From Podarcis tiliguerta (lineage: Eukaryota): 64,000 bases of DNA. The stretch lies in assembly GCA_965153285.1 (NCBI GenBank), contig OZ229113.1. The stretch is one strand, 5' to 3'. Positions 11,627 to 23,830 of the stretch are shown piece after piece (position 1 is the first letter of the stretch; each line of letters starts with the position of its first letter). The translations under genes were made by a program, and so were the position numbers. Under the pieces are notes generated by a model. It saw nothing but the letters and a program-made list of their open reading frames with translations, was not told the origin of the DNA and made no database searches.

Positions 11627-13512
11627 ATCCAATTATTTAAAATTCTATTTAAAAATATATCAAAACTGTCTTATACTGTCTAAGCAAAGCCAATAGATAA
11701 TTCTGTACCATTTCCACAAAAGAATGTCTTTCATTTAAAAGAAACACTGAACTTTAATGCTTTTGGTTTTTATTGAATGCTGGTCAGGATCCAGAGCAGC
11801 AAAAGACTATGCACTTGAAGTTGTGGTTTCATTCTCGCAGAGAGCCAAAGTTTCAGTGGATGAGCAGTAGCTGATTTCTTGGTCAGGAAAGTGGAGAAAG
11901 GGACTTCTGGACTCAGTTGTATTTCTTCATAAGCACATCTATACTGTTAAGGACATCTTCAAAAGATATACACATGTTGACAGATGGTACATGAGTTACA
12001 CTTTTCCTTCCATATTTCTTGTGTAATGTGTGAAGTGAGAATTTGAAACTGAAGTTGTGTGAATTAGAGATCTGTGGGAGATTTCATTTTCTCTACCAGA
12101 AATGTATGCCTTGTGTGGAAGTGCAAGAAAACATCTTAAGTCAACGTACTTTCTTCCCACTGCTTGTGTGTAACATCTGCAGCTTTCCTAAGTAAAGCAA
12201 TTTTCAAGAGCAAACAGGCAACTTACTGATCAGCCGCCTAGCAGCACCCAGGAAGAGTTAGGAGAGAGCAAGGCAAGGATTAGGAAGCTTTCTGACATCA
12301 TCTTACAAACCAGTAATCTTTTTTTTATTGAGAGGAGTATCTCAGTGTAAATTGAACACTATGGGAATATTGCCAGCATTACCCACTAAATATTACACGT
12401 GGAACATATGTAATCTAGATAGTTCCTTCCCAGAAGTGATTACGGTTTTAAAAGAAGAATATGAATCTGAATATCTGAAGGTCAAAGGACAAAGTTAAAT
12501 TGCAATATTCAGCAGACTACATTGGGTGTTTCAAGATGGGCATTTACTGTGGAATCACCATTCTTCGTGCTTTCAAGTTTTTTTGCTGCTTTCCCATGTT
12601 GTTGTCCTCAAAATGCTAGCCTATATGTCCAATCCTATTTAATCCAGGTTTATTTTTATTTATTTAACAAAATCTATATACCATTTGATAGTAATAAAAA
12701 TATATCAGCAAGTAACCCCTTTGAGGGGGGGAGGGCTTTGTAACTTTTAAAAGTCTGTTCACTACCCTATATAGGAGCATGAAATTTACTTCTATAAAAC
12801 TGAAGGCTGAGATCCTCAAGGATTAACTGGTTCTTGGATTTAAACCAGTGGTTAGCATGAGCCTGATGTTTGCTTTTATATGGTATTCCAGAATTAGCCC
12901 TCTTTCAGAAGGAAACTTTTCATGTACACCATGCTTAACAGAAGCAGAACAAAAAGACTTTCTTTAAAATGTGTAAGTCTGCTCCAATTTATTATTTTAA
13001 AAGGAACACAAGCTGCTTCATTATCACCTGTTATGTGTTTCCTCTATCAAAGAAAAATGCTAGAATTTATAAAGCAATTAAAAACAAACAATATATATGT
13101 CAATGTTTACATCATAAGTAAGAAACCCACTAGGAAGATGCTTGGCTTCTTAGATAGGTGAAAGGATTACTGAAGGAAAACAGGAAAAAATGAATCAATT
13201 ATTTGTAATCTGTTATACATGTGCCTGTCTCTGAAGTCGGAAATGCAGCTTAATTCAGAGTACTGTTGCCAGACTGTTAATGAGGACTGGCGAACATATT
13301 GTTATAGGACTGTTCTCTGCAAATAGGATACCTTTCTTCTTTCTTCTTATCCAGCATGGGAGCCAAGCAAACTGCTCAAGCAGCCACAGATCTATCTGCC
13401 TTCCACTGTATATCTGTGCCAGGTGGAGAGGAAGAAAGCCATCTTGCTCCCCACCCAGAAAGTAATCCAAGTGAGAGAAACAGGCGTAGGGAAGAGGGAG
13501 AGAGAGAGAAAG

Positions 13513-13580
13513 CCAGCCACTGTGAGGACAGGATGCTGGGCAAGATAAGCCATTAGTCTGATCCAACAGGGCTCTTCTTG
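13513..13580 (+). mobile_element. CR1 3' terminal fragment
   Basis: gccactgtgaggacaggatgctgg...ctgatccaacagggctcttctt. Confidence 0.7.
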
Positions 13581-14254
13581 TTTTCTTTTGTTTAGGAAGA
13601 CAGAGAACAGGGTAGCAGAAAGAGAGATACAAGGAGTGGCCCTGCCCACTTTGAATCTGGTCCTTCTCACTTTTAGCTCCAGCCGTTTTGGCCATCAGCT
13701 TTGTTTCTACCCACTATTGGAATGCGACCTTCAACATAAAGATGTCCCCCACCCCTGTAGTAGACATTGCATTCTTTCAACAAAGTCTATAATAAAGACT
13801 TCTGAGTAAGCATAGCTATCATGGGATAAGAGAAAAACTGCCATTATGGATTTGTAACTGCTTGATGAAGAGAATGCAGACTGCAAAAACAAATGGACAT
13901 TCACAGGGAAATGAGTGGTAGGATCCCTAAAATATTGTTGTTGGGACTGGTGCTCTAAATGAGAATGGAGGTATACTGAGTAGCCCTCCCCTCTGATGTC
14001 TACCCAAACAGAGCAGTCATCTGTAGCACATAAAGCTAGAAGCACGAAGACTTCTACATAACTCAGAATCTTGAAGAATTTTGCTTTCGGGGGGTCACAC
14101 AGACGCCTTTGCGTGCACATTTGGTGCTGCTCATGCAGGTTCTGAGAGGAGATTCTACCTAGTACATCCCTGCTTACCACTCCCATGCAGAGCACATGAA
14201 AGCTCTAACACCCAGCATCTGTAGGAACAGCAGAGGCTTCTGGAGTTAAGGGTA

Positions 14255-14410
14255 AGGTGGCTAAATTTGCATATGACACTGAATTACTCAGGATAATGAA
14301 AATCAAAGACAACTCCAAAAAGCTTCCAAAGAACCCCTCTAATCTGAGTGTTTGGGAAACAAAATGGCAAATGACACTTAATGTAGGTAAATATAAAATG
14401 TGCACTGGGG
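14255..14410 (+). mobile_element. CR1 reverse-transcriptase fragment
   Basis: VAKFAYDTELLRIMK...LSVWETKWQMTLNVGKYK resembles the CR1 RT motif KFADDTKL...W..KWQM.FN..KCK. Confidence 0.85.
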
Positions 14411-14469
14411 AGATGGAAGGGGGAACAGGGGACACTAAGCTCAAACATTACATTGGTATTTTATATGAT

Positions 14470-14930
14470 GGCTACTGTTGGAAAACAAGCCTCTTCGGGA
14501 GAGTCTGGCCCCTCTCCCAGGCTCCCGGCTTGTTTACCGGTGACCTCCCTGGCCGGCATCCCCGCAAGTCCAGGAAGATCTTGTTATAGGCAACATTTCC
14601 CAGCGTGGAAAATGCACACACCCTCCCTCCCTGCTTCCCTAGCAGGGAAAGGAGATAGTCAGAAATCTATTTACATCTCTTTATTTCTGACTTTGCAGCA
14701 CTACAGAAACATGTCCGATCAGTTCAGACTTCAGCAAGCAAGTGGCGAAGACTTCCTTTACAAACATGACAGGAAGGTCTCATATTACACATTGAGCAAA
14801 TTCCGGTGAATCGCCCTGTGAACTGACTGTAACATTGTTTCCCACAGTCAGCCCCATCATGCGATGTTTTCACTGAGCTGGTTTGCAGCTGCGTTGCATT
14901 CATATCGTAACAGCTACAAATACTGAAAAA
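14470..14930. promoter_or_regulatory. Non-repeat CpG-retaining patch; candidate regulatory element or exon
   Basis: About 13 CpGs in ~430 bp against a strongly depleted background; strong acceptor at 14698, possible donor at 14806. Confidence 0.4.
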
Positions 14931-15050
14931 GGAGCTCTGTGTTCATGATGAATAGTTCTATGAAATCCTGAGCTTAGTGGAATGATACTGAAAAAAAGCA
15001 AATTTCATGCCAGTGATGATTAGGATGGGCTGAAAATAAAATGGATAGTA

Positions 15051-15645
15051 CAGTGTTACCTCGGCTTAAGAACATTCCGGTTTAAGAACAATTCGGTTTA
15101 CAAACTCCGCAAAACAGGAAATAGTGTCCCGGTTTGAGAACTTTACCATGGTCTAAGAATGGAATGCAGGTTGCGTTGTGGGTTAAACCACAGAGCCTAG
15201 GACTTGCCGATCAGAAGGTCTGCAGTTTGAATCTCCACAACGGGGTGAGCTCCCGTCGCTCGGTCCCTGCTCCTGCCAACCTAGCATTTCGAAAGCACGT
15301 CAAAGTGCAAGTAGATAAATAGGTAAATGGCGAGAAGGTAAATGGCGTTTCCGTACGTTCCTCTGGTTCGCCAGATGTGGCTTAGTCCTGGAAGCTGTAC
15401 GCCGGCTCCCTCGGCCAATAAAGCAAGATGAGCGCCGCAACCCCAGAGTCGGCCACGACTGGACCTAATGGTCAGGGGTCCCTTTACCTTTACCTTTACC
15501 TTTACCTTAAGAATGGAATCTGAACCGTGGAAGGGCACTGACAGCGGGAGGCCTCATTAGGGAAAGCACGCCTCAATTTAAGAACGGTTTTGGTTTAAGA
15601 ACGGAGTTCCGGAACGGATTAAGTTTGTAAACCGAGGTACCACCG
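15051..15645. mobile_element. Tc1/mariner (Tigger/pogo-like) MITE interrupted by a SINE
   Basis: TA|CAGTGTTACCTCGG ... CCGAGGTACCACCG|TA; both halves align with the uninterrupted copy at 57847-58082. Confidence 0.92.
15166..15507 (+). mobile_element. Sauria-type SINE nested in MITE
   Basis: SINE body and repeated ACCTTT tail; 12-bp TSD TAAGAATGGAAT at 15154-15165 and 15508-15519. Confidence 0.95.
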
Positions 15646-15723
15646 TACTGTAATATCTTTACATAATACAATGGTATGGCTGCATTTCAACACCATACAG
15701 TTCCAAGTGTCCTGTTTTAAATA

Positions 15724-15965
15724 CAGTAGTACCTCGGGTTAAATACTTAATTCGCTCCGGAGGTCTGTTCTTAACCTGAAACTGTTCTTAACCTGAAGCA
15801 CCACTTTAGCTAATGAGGTCTCCCGCTGCTGCCGTGCCACCGGAGCACGATTTCTGTTCTCATCCTGAAGCAGAGTTCTTAACCCGAGGTACTATTTCTG
15901 GGTTAGCGGAGTCTGTAACCTGAAGCGTCTGTAACCTGAAGCGTATGTAACCCGAGGTACCACTG
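15724..15965. mobile_element. Tc1/mariner (Tigger/pogo-like) MITE
   Basis: TA|CAGTAGTACCTCGGGTTA ... TAACCCGAGGTACCACTG|TA; repeated TAACCTGAAG motif. Confidence 0.93.
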
Positions 15966-16884
15966 TATGCCTATTGCGTTACCTATTGTGTCAATAACCA
16001 GCTGCATTATTATTAGTCTTATTCATACCCGACTAACATTAGTAACAGAGAATAATAACTTCTGTATATTTACCTGAGTTGTTTCTAAGGATGAAAGTGA
16101 TTATTTTACCTAGTAAAGAAATATGCTACATATGTTAACTAGGGATGCATATGGTACCATCACTATCCGGAAATATATTAGTTGTAAGTATAGGAATGAA
16201 CCTATAACAGAAAGACACATCAATGATAGTTTCAGTTTGGATCTTGACAGGGCATTTTTTCCCTTTAGGTTCAATATTTGCATTGCATTAACAAGAAAAC
16301 CACAACTACTGAAACACAAATGCAAGGAAGAGACAAGCCAGCCTTGTATATGTTAAGTGTATTTGGATTGATTATATTCACCGTTTTCCTAAATTAATTA
16401 GCCTTTTTCCCCATGCATTGGCCTCATCATGATCTCAAGCAAGAAAGGAATAATATGTAGAGACAAACACTAGCAGAAAATAGCTGTTTCTGCAAAAAGT
16501 AATCTCTCCCTTTCTTTCCCTCACTCTCTCTCTTCCCATAGCTTCATAATTTACTCCCAGTCCATAAGGTCCTTCGCAGCAATGATTGGGATGATGGATG
16601 GTTCTACTTCAGCTGCAGCAAAGGAAGATACAGCAATGCATCACTCCACTGGAAAAACAATAGAACAAACAAACCATAGGGACAGTATGGCAGGCAGAGG
16701 GCCAAGGGAATTCGCTTGGGTGGAAAACTAGACAGCTGTACCCTGGAGTTATGTAAAACAACAGCATGTAGATATTTCTCCTATTGTGGTCATACTTGAT
16801 AGCACTTGATTTGAAGCCTGATAGCAATTGAGATCCCAACCTTGCTAAAACTATTTTTATTAGACTTTTTTCACATTTCAAAGT

Positions 16885-16965
16885 ATTGTTTCCTAAACAC
16901 ACTAAGAAGTAAGCCTAACTGAATACAGTATAACACTTCTGAATAAATTTGCATAGGATTGTATT
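16885..16965. mobile_element. Short (~90 bp) palindromic non-autonomous element
   Basis: tccta...agaagta...acttctg...taggattg; same type as 39453-39543. Confidence 0.55.
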
Positions 16966-17514
16966 GTTAGGTGACAATTCTTTACACTGGGGTAACCAAC
17001 ATCTTTGGGTCTAAGGGCGTATTTGAGAAAATGCCATGGATGTCACCTCCTTTGGATGTGTCTTCTGCCATCCCCACCCCAGGTCAGTTTTCCCTCACAG
17101 ACACACTCCAGGCTGATAGAAGATACAATCACATACACACATTTCAATGGGGTCTAGGTTAGTTGGAGCCAGTATAATGAAAAAATATCCTCTTGAATCT
17201 GCATTTTACACAAGATTCCTGGGGGTGGGGTATTAAACATATATGGGTACCCTGCCAGTGGGTGGGTGTGATCATAGATCCAGTGTTTTGTCCTTGAGAG
17301 AACCCATTGTAAAAATATGGGGATCCACAAGGATTTGGGTCTCAAAACGCTTTGTCTGCCATGATGGTGGTAGGAAGCATCAGATTTTTTTGATTATTTT
17401 TTTTGTAAATTTTATTCAAGGGGATAGATGTGGTCTGTGATTTGATTGCTGATGAGGCAGGATGTGTGAGTGAAAAATTACCTTCAAGAGGATCCATTTA
17501 CTAGATCCAAGGGA

Positions 17515-17537
17515 TGTGTGTGTGTGTGTGTGTGTGT
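17515..17537. repeat. (TG)n microsatellite
   Basis: Direct observation. Confidence 0.95.
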
Positions 17538-17674
17538 ATGGCTTTCCGACACACCGTTCTCTCTCCTGACTCCTGTGGCACACTACTTTCTTTCCCCTAC
17601 CTCCCCATCACTCTATTTTCCTCCCTCATTTTCTCCTAGATTGATTCCCTTTCCCTCCTACCCTTTTAGTTGCT

Positions 17675-17986
17675 CAGGGCAGGAAAAAAACAACTACTTC
17701 ATGCAGTAGAAACTTGCTTTCACAGGAGGCAGTCGTGGACATCAACTTGGATAGCTTTAAAAGAGAATTAGGCAAATCCATGAAGGATGAGGCCATCAGT
17801 GGCTACTGGACTTGATGGCTATGCTTTGCCTCCTTGGTTGAAGGCAGTATGCTGGAAGCTGCAGGAGGGGAGAATGCACTCATTTCCTACTTGCAGGTTT
17901 CCCATGAGCGTCTGGTTGGCCACTGTCAGAGCAAGATGCTGGAGTAGATGGGGCATTTGCTGATCCAGCAGGCTCTTCTTATGTTC
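17675..17986 (+). mobile_element. CR1 LINE 3' end (ORF2 end plus long 3' UTR)
   Basis: aacttggatagctttaaaagagaattaggcaaatccatgaaggat (LDSFKRELGKSMKD, CR1 ORF2 terminus) then UTR ending ctcttcttatgttc. Confidence 0.85.
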
Positions 17987-20900
17987 AAGTAAATGAAGTT
18001 CTTCCGTGCCCAACATTCCCTGATATTTTTGTAACAGGCAGTAGCAAATCTGGGACAAGGCAAAAATAAATGTGGCATCAGCAACATCATTAACAGGTAC
18101 ATCCTGTTCCATTTACAGCATAGTCATAATTATTCAGTCAAGCGATCTGCATCCACTGAATATTTAGGTGTCCTGGTTAATTACAAATAGTACTTTATAG
18201 ATATGAATAAATATTCAGTACTTGAGTAAAATACTTGGCAATAAGTTTAATTTCTTCATATAATTTGTGCTCCTTTTAATTTTTTTGCTCTGCAGGTTTT
18301 TATTAAATTTGGTTGCATATTATTTACTGTACATACATAAGGTACCATTTTATCCACTTGAATTTAAAACGGGCTCTTTTTTTTTAACAGTTGGAAATGT
18401 GTAAAAGAGTCTTTTCAATATTGTGTTTCTCATGCACTGCCCATGTTTATTCAACAAAATACAGTTCTAGAGCTTTATTCTCCTAGTTCTGAATCCATAA
18501 AGTTATTAAGATCCTAGGCTTACAAGACAGTGGTGAAGTATGAGGCAGTTTTAATTTTCTTCCCAATGAGCACATTAGTGGAAAGAGGTTGGGTTCTCCC
18601 GCTAGGCAGAATTAGTTTGTGCCAGTATGGGGGACCAGACCATTGCCATGCTAATGCTCAATAGCAGTAGGGGTGACATTAATCTCTGTGTTGTTATTTA
18701 TGTCCTTGACTTGGCAACATCCAAGACTCAGGGTTGTCAGGTATCGTGTTCCATTACTCAGTAATAAAGATTTGGATTATCAGGACCCCGGGGTTCCTTT
18801 TGGCACTGCATATCTTTTTCAGTATATGTGTCTTGCCACTAATTAAAAATATGTTTGGCAGCAGTGCTAGTGGGATGTTTCTCATGTGCCAAGTGTCTGC
18901 ACACCCAGCCTTTAATGGGGTATAAGAAAAGTAAGGGTGCAGGCTGGGTTGAATACCTTAGAAGAAATTATTAGCAGAGAATTTAAGGAAAGTTGGCATC
19001 TTGCCAAAATGCTTGGATTGCAAGACAGAGCTGCGTAGATTAATATATGTGATCTTGTGTTTCCATTCTGGTCCCTCATGGCCATTTTTCATATGATGAT
19101 AGTTAGGTGCTGATTGTAGAAATAGCTCCTAAATATTCAAAGTTTGAATGTAACAAACATGTACCACTGAGGTACACTCATCAGCTGATATTGTCCATTC
19201 CTTCCTGTTATGTCAAACACATAGACATCTTTCAGTTATGGTCCGCTTTAGGAAATAAAGAGTTTTTTTATTGGATTATATTCTTGAGTTGATCTCCCAC
19301 TTCCTCCAGGTCATTGGAGACTTGAACAAGTAGAAAAAAGATGTTGTGCTGCAGGAAGCCTCACTTCAATAACATTTCCCTTGAAAAGACTTGACAGGTG
19401 GATTTTGGTCACATGAAGCCTCCTGTTGATTAGTATATCTAGGATTCAAGAAACAATTATTGCCTTTTATGAAAGATTCTATTATATTTCTACTCATCCC
19501 ACTACTTTGTATGGTGGCAGAATAATATGTCTGTATCTCCTGCAAGTAATGGACCTTTCTGGGTTTTAAATAGCACCACCATCCTTGCAAAGCATCAAAT
19601 GTAACAGCGGCTGAGTTGTCATCCAATTTACAGTGCTTTGACCCACACCTAAAGCTCAAAGTTTTAGTAGTGCATGCAAACTGGGTGTTACATATATTTC
19701 CCAGGAATTGTATCAGATAATATTGAAGATATTTAAGTAAAGGAATACTGGATCTCCCAGCTAGAAATATTATATTACTCCACTATCGTGTCACTTTCCT
19801 GAAACAAATAGTTTAGCCTATTTCATTATCTATTGTTTAGTGAGACAGAAGACCTTTGTCCTCTCTACTTGATCTTTAGTCACACACATTTATAGGACTG
19901 AATTACACATGCACAGCACAAAGTTTTCAGAATGTACACATTTGGTTAAGGAAAAAGATGCTCCTCATGGTTAGAAATCATGGGGCATCATCTTCTTTGT
20001 CTTGAGTGCAAGATACAGTATGATATATTGGGAGACAGCATTATTACATGGCGTTGAGAAAGCTCCAGAGCTCTCAATTGATGCAGCTTGCTGTCTTAGT
20101 AAAAATGTACTACAGAAAAACAAAGCAAGAATTGAAACAAACAAACAGACAAAAACCCCTAACTTTTATCCTTTATGGCTGCAATTCTTAGCATGTTTCC
20201 CTACAATTCTGCAATCATGGTATTCATGATTCATTTATAAAGCTCCTCTCTCGACCCCTAATATGCACATTTGTGCTATTAATAGGTAGTTAGATTCAAC
20301 CTCTAGAATATATAGGAATACAAATGAGTACATATAATTAAATACATATATCCGTCTCTACGAGGACAAATTGCTTCAAGTTTCATTATAAATGTGCTTC
20401 CAAATGAGAAAGGTAGATTAAAAAGTGATTATGCAAATAGCATAATAATTAACATTTCAAACGTTGTAGACAATGAATATCTGAAATGTTCTATTATTTT
20501 CTATCTGGCACCCCAAATAGTTCTTCTCAAACGGAAGACAAGGAAATAGTTTCGTTGGAACTCGACGCAGGCTTATATCAGAACACTGTTTATCATTTCA
20601 CTTCATCAAGGCAACAATTACCAGGATTAGTGGATCACTAAAGATGATAGGTATTTAGCCATGGCTCTAGTCTAGCATTGCTTTAGGGCACACAGATGGG
20701 ATTCCCAGGAGCCCTAAGACATTGAACCTTATTCTACCTGCAGGCATGAAAGCAGGTGTGTTCTGTTGCTGATGCAGCTTCAAACAGAACATACCACAGG
20801 TGATGCTAATTAAGGAAGTCCTGGGAATATAAAGGAGCTCACATTTTATTGCTGATGGTGGAGTGCCAAAGGTTAGTGAAAAGCTGGATTGTCTGCTGGC

Positions 20901-21739
20901 CTGGGGTAGATAAGAACACAAAAGGGCACAGAAATGGATTTGAATACCGCCACTTATCAGTGTGCCTTTTAAACTACATTATGCTGCATATAATGGTGTG
21001 CTTTTAGTGCTAAAATTGGAAGTCTTTTTATGAATGTACTAATTTATTACCATCAATTTGTGTCACCATTTCAGTGGGTCCTCTTATTTCTTCAGCCAAG
21101 AAAGAGGGCGCCAAGTAGGCATTAGGGCAACTTCAAGTGGTTACATTTCCCCTCTCTTAAATGTTGACTGAGAAGTAGTTCTCATATTAAAAGGTACCTT
21201 GTCTCCATTATGTACTATCATTCAAACCCTCCCACCTTGTATAAAATGAAGATGTTGGTAAGAAATAGAAGCCGTTAATATGATTTATTCATTAAAAAGT
21301 ATGCTGGTGGTTGTTTTTCCCAAAATTCTCTACATAGACAGTTTCAGTCTACAGTAAAATGACAATAAAATATCCAGTGGACAAAACATTGTGACACTAG
21401 TTTGTCTGTGCTGTAATACAAGGTTGATTTCATTTTGGTACATTATTATGCTTGTTATCTTGGTGGCAAAATGCTGTAATTATAGATCTTGCTCTAGCAG
21501 CCATTACTGCTGCCTCAGTTTCCGGCTTTAGTAGTAAGGGTTCAAGCATATCCCATGATTTAATTTGCACTGGATGATTCATGACATATTTGCTACTCAC
21601 ACTGCAGCAGTTTATCTCGAATTAGGGCAAGCATCAGGAAGTAATTGCCTGTACCCTGGCAATTACTTCCGTCCTAGCTAAGCCTTATTCCAGCCATTAG
21701 GGCCACAGAGTTATCAGAGGGCCCCAACACCATGCTTCC

Positions 21740-21890
21740 GAATCATAGAATCATAGGCTTGGAAGGAACCCTGAGGATCATCTAGTCCAACCCCCTGCAA
21801 TGCAGGAATATGGAGCTGTTCCTTACAGGGATCAAAACTGCAACTTAGCCATTATCAGCACCATGCACTAACCAACTGAGCTATGGACTC
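21740..21890 (-). mobile_element. tRNA-Ile-derived SINE with CR1-type 3' end
   Basis: Minus strand tagctcagttggttagtgcatggtgctgataa... resembles tRNA-Ile; tail attcctgcattgcagggggttggactagatga...attctatgattc is nearly the same as the CR1 end at 10375-10446. Confidence 0.85.
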
Positions 21891-22159
21891 AACTCAAAGA
21901 ACCTAGTTCAAAGGGAAGCAATTTATGTGTGTTACATATTCATATTTGATGGTTTCATAGTAGGCTGAAAACATATAACACCAAAAAAGAGGACAAAAGA
22001 AGTCTCGTATTAGCAAACCAAACTAAACTGCATATACCGACTGGTATGTAACAGATGGATATTGCTGTAATTTAAATAGAATTACAATGCATCTCACCAT
22101 AGTCTGCCGTCCATGTGCAAATTGTTAATGGGCAACTTCAAGGCTTCTTATGGATCTTT

Positions 22160-22287
22160 ATCTTTAAACTGGACATGGACTGGCTTTCCAAATAGAGGAT
22201 GTGTTGCAATCAAGGACTGTCCTTTAACAGCCCTTCAACTACAGTAGACTACTGTCCTTTGTAAAGGAGAACACAGGGCCACCTTAG
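22160..22287. mobile_element. Decayed hAT-like element end
   Basis: Repeated aggac/gtcct motifs, ends ...aacacagggccacctta. Confidence 0.4.
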
Positions 22288-22563
22288 AAATGGCTCAAAG
22301 TAGTGAGTCCTCCCCAAACCAGGACTTGCGCATGCAATTAATGTTCCTTTATTCAAGTTTTTCATTGAGGACAAAAGTGATAAGGAAAGAGCAACCAAGT
22401 CAAATGGGTGGGGTACAAGAAATAAATAATTATTATTCTAAATGTCAGGCCCATGGAGTGAATGCCGAAATGGCTGAGCTCCAGTTGGGAGCTGGGGGCC
22501 TTTACACCCCAAGCTAGACATGGCCTCATGTTGGTTAACACATCTACGGGTTGTGGCCAGATA

Positions 22564-22780
22564 TAGTAAGCATGCAACTTACACACATTTAACTTGTGTA
22601 CATTCGGCTTTATACACTTGACAATAAATAAGTAAAGGGGATGGAAAGGGGGTGGGCATCTGAGGGGAAAGACTTTGGCAATGCCACTCACCACTGAACC
22701 CAATGTGTTTTGACTATATGCGATTTGGTTTTAGGCGTGATCACTGGAACGTAACCCCCATGTAAGTTGCGGGCTTAAAG
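22564..22780. mobile_element. Older Tc1/mariner-type MITE
   Basis: TA-flanked degenerate TIRs tagtaagcatgcaacttac / gtaagttgcgggcttaaag; ggaacg motif near right end as in the other copies. Confidence 0.7.
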
Positions 22781-23569
22781 TACTGAATGGACGCATGAAG
22801 CTATTCAACAAAAGTGCTCCCATTTTAAATGTGGCTTTCAAATTGCATACTGAATATTTCATTCATTCATTCATCCATCCATTCTTTTCTTCTTTTTTGG
22901 TAGAAGCTATTAGAAGATAGTACATCACACAGAATGCTGGCTGAAAGCTCACTGGGTTGAGAAAGCCTTTTCATTTCATACATCATTTACTACAGCAGCT
23001 ACACAAAGTCAGCAGATCTTTTACATATATCTTTTAAAATGAGAGCATTTCCATGGCACATTCTGGCCAATGACCACTCTCTACTAATGTTTGCCATTAT
23101 TTTTTCAGTGTCCCAGACCTTGTGGCTTGGGTAACATAGCTCTTAGAAAAAAGGACCTTAATTTGTCTAGCAGATTGTGCTGAACAGAAAACATGTTATT
23201 AATGTTTACATTGCCTTTAAATATATATTCAAAAGGGCTATTTTAGGCACATAGGTATTTCCAGTGGGTTTTATTTTGTACCCTATGCCATCTGTTCAAT
23301 AGTTGTGTGGCTCAATTTATTCCAATAGTTGTACAAATGTATTAAGACTGAGGAAAGTGCTAATGCTATCTTTGTTTAAGGGATTAATTTAGAGTGCTAC
23401 CTTTTTATCAAGATAAGCTATCCAATCCACTTCGTATTGGTTTCTAGATAACTCCTGCCACGTCCAGGTCTTGAACCAGAAACATTCCACCTGCTACCAA
23501 GGGCATTTTGCCATCTAAGAGGAACTGCAGAAGATACCAAAAAACAGAAGGTGGGTAAAACCATTATGA

Positions 23570-23830
23570 GAACATGAGAGGAGCCCTGCCAAATGAGACC
23601 AAAGGCCCACTTTGGTTCTGCTAATGCAGGGGTTTGACTTCACCCCTGAAGACATACTCCATTGTCTCTTGAGACAGATGGATGCCAACAACAATTGTAA
23701 ACCAGAGACACTGTGGCGTAATGGTTAGAGTGTCAAACTGCAGCAACTGGGGAGACCAGTTTCAAATCCCCATTCAGCCATGATGAAGTTCAATGTCACA
23801 GGATTGTTATGAGTATAAAATGGGGAGAAC
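23570..23830. mobile_element. Cluster of short fragments: CR1 tail (minus), RTE 3' end (plus), tRNA/CORE-like SINE (plus)
   Basis: gaacatgagaggagccctg; acttcacccctgaag...agacagatggatgccaacaacaa (cf. 58655-58715); tgtggcgtaatggttagagtg...gtttcaaatcccc. Confidence 0.65.

Noticed and set aside
16110-16201. 92-nt minus-strand segment with good acceptor and donor
   Set aside because: Two frames have internal stops and the third ends in TAG at the donor; peptide unrecognised. A non-coding exon cannot be excluded.
21820-21890. Possible tRNA-Ile gene
   Set aside because: T-arm and stems are mutated and it is fused to a CR1-type tail, so it is a SINE head.
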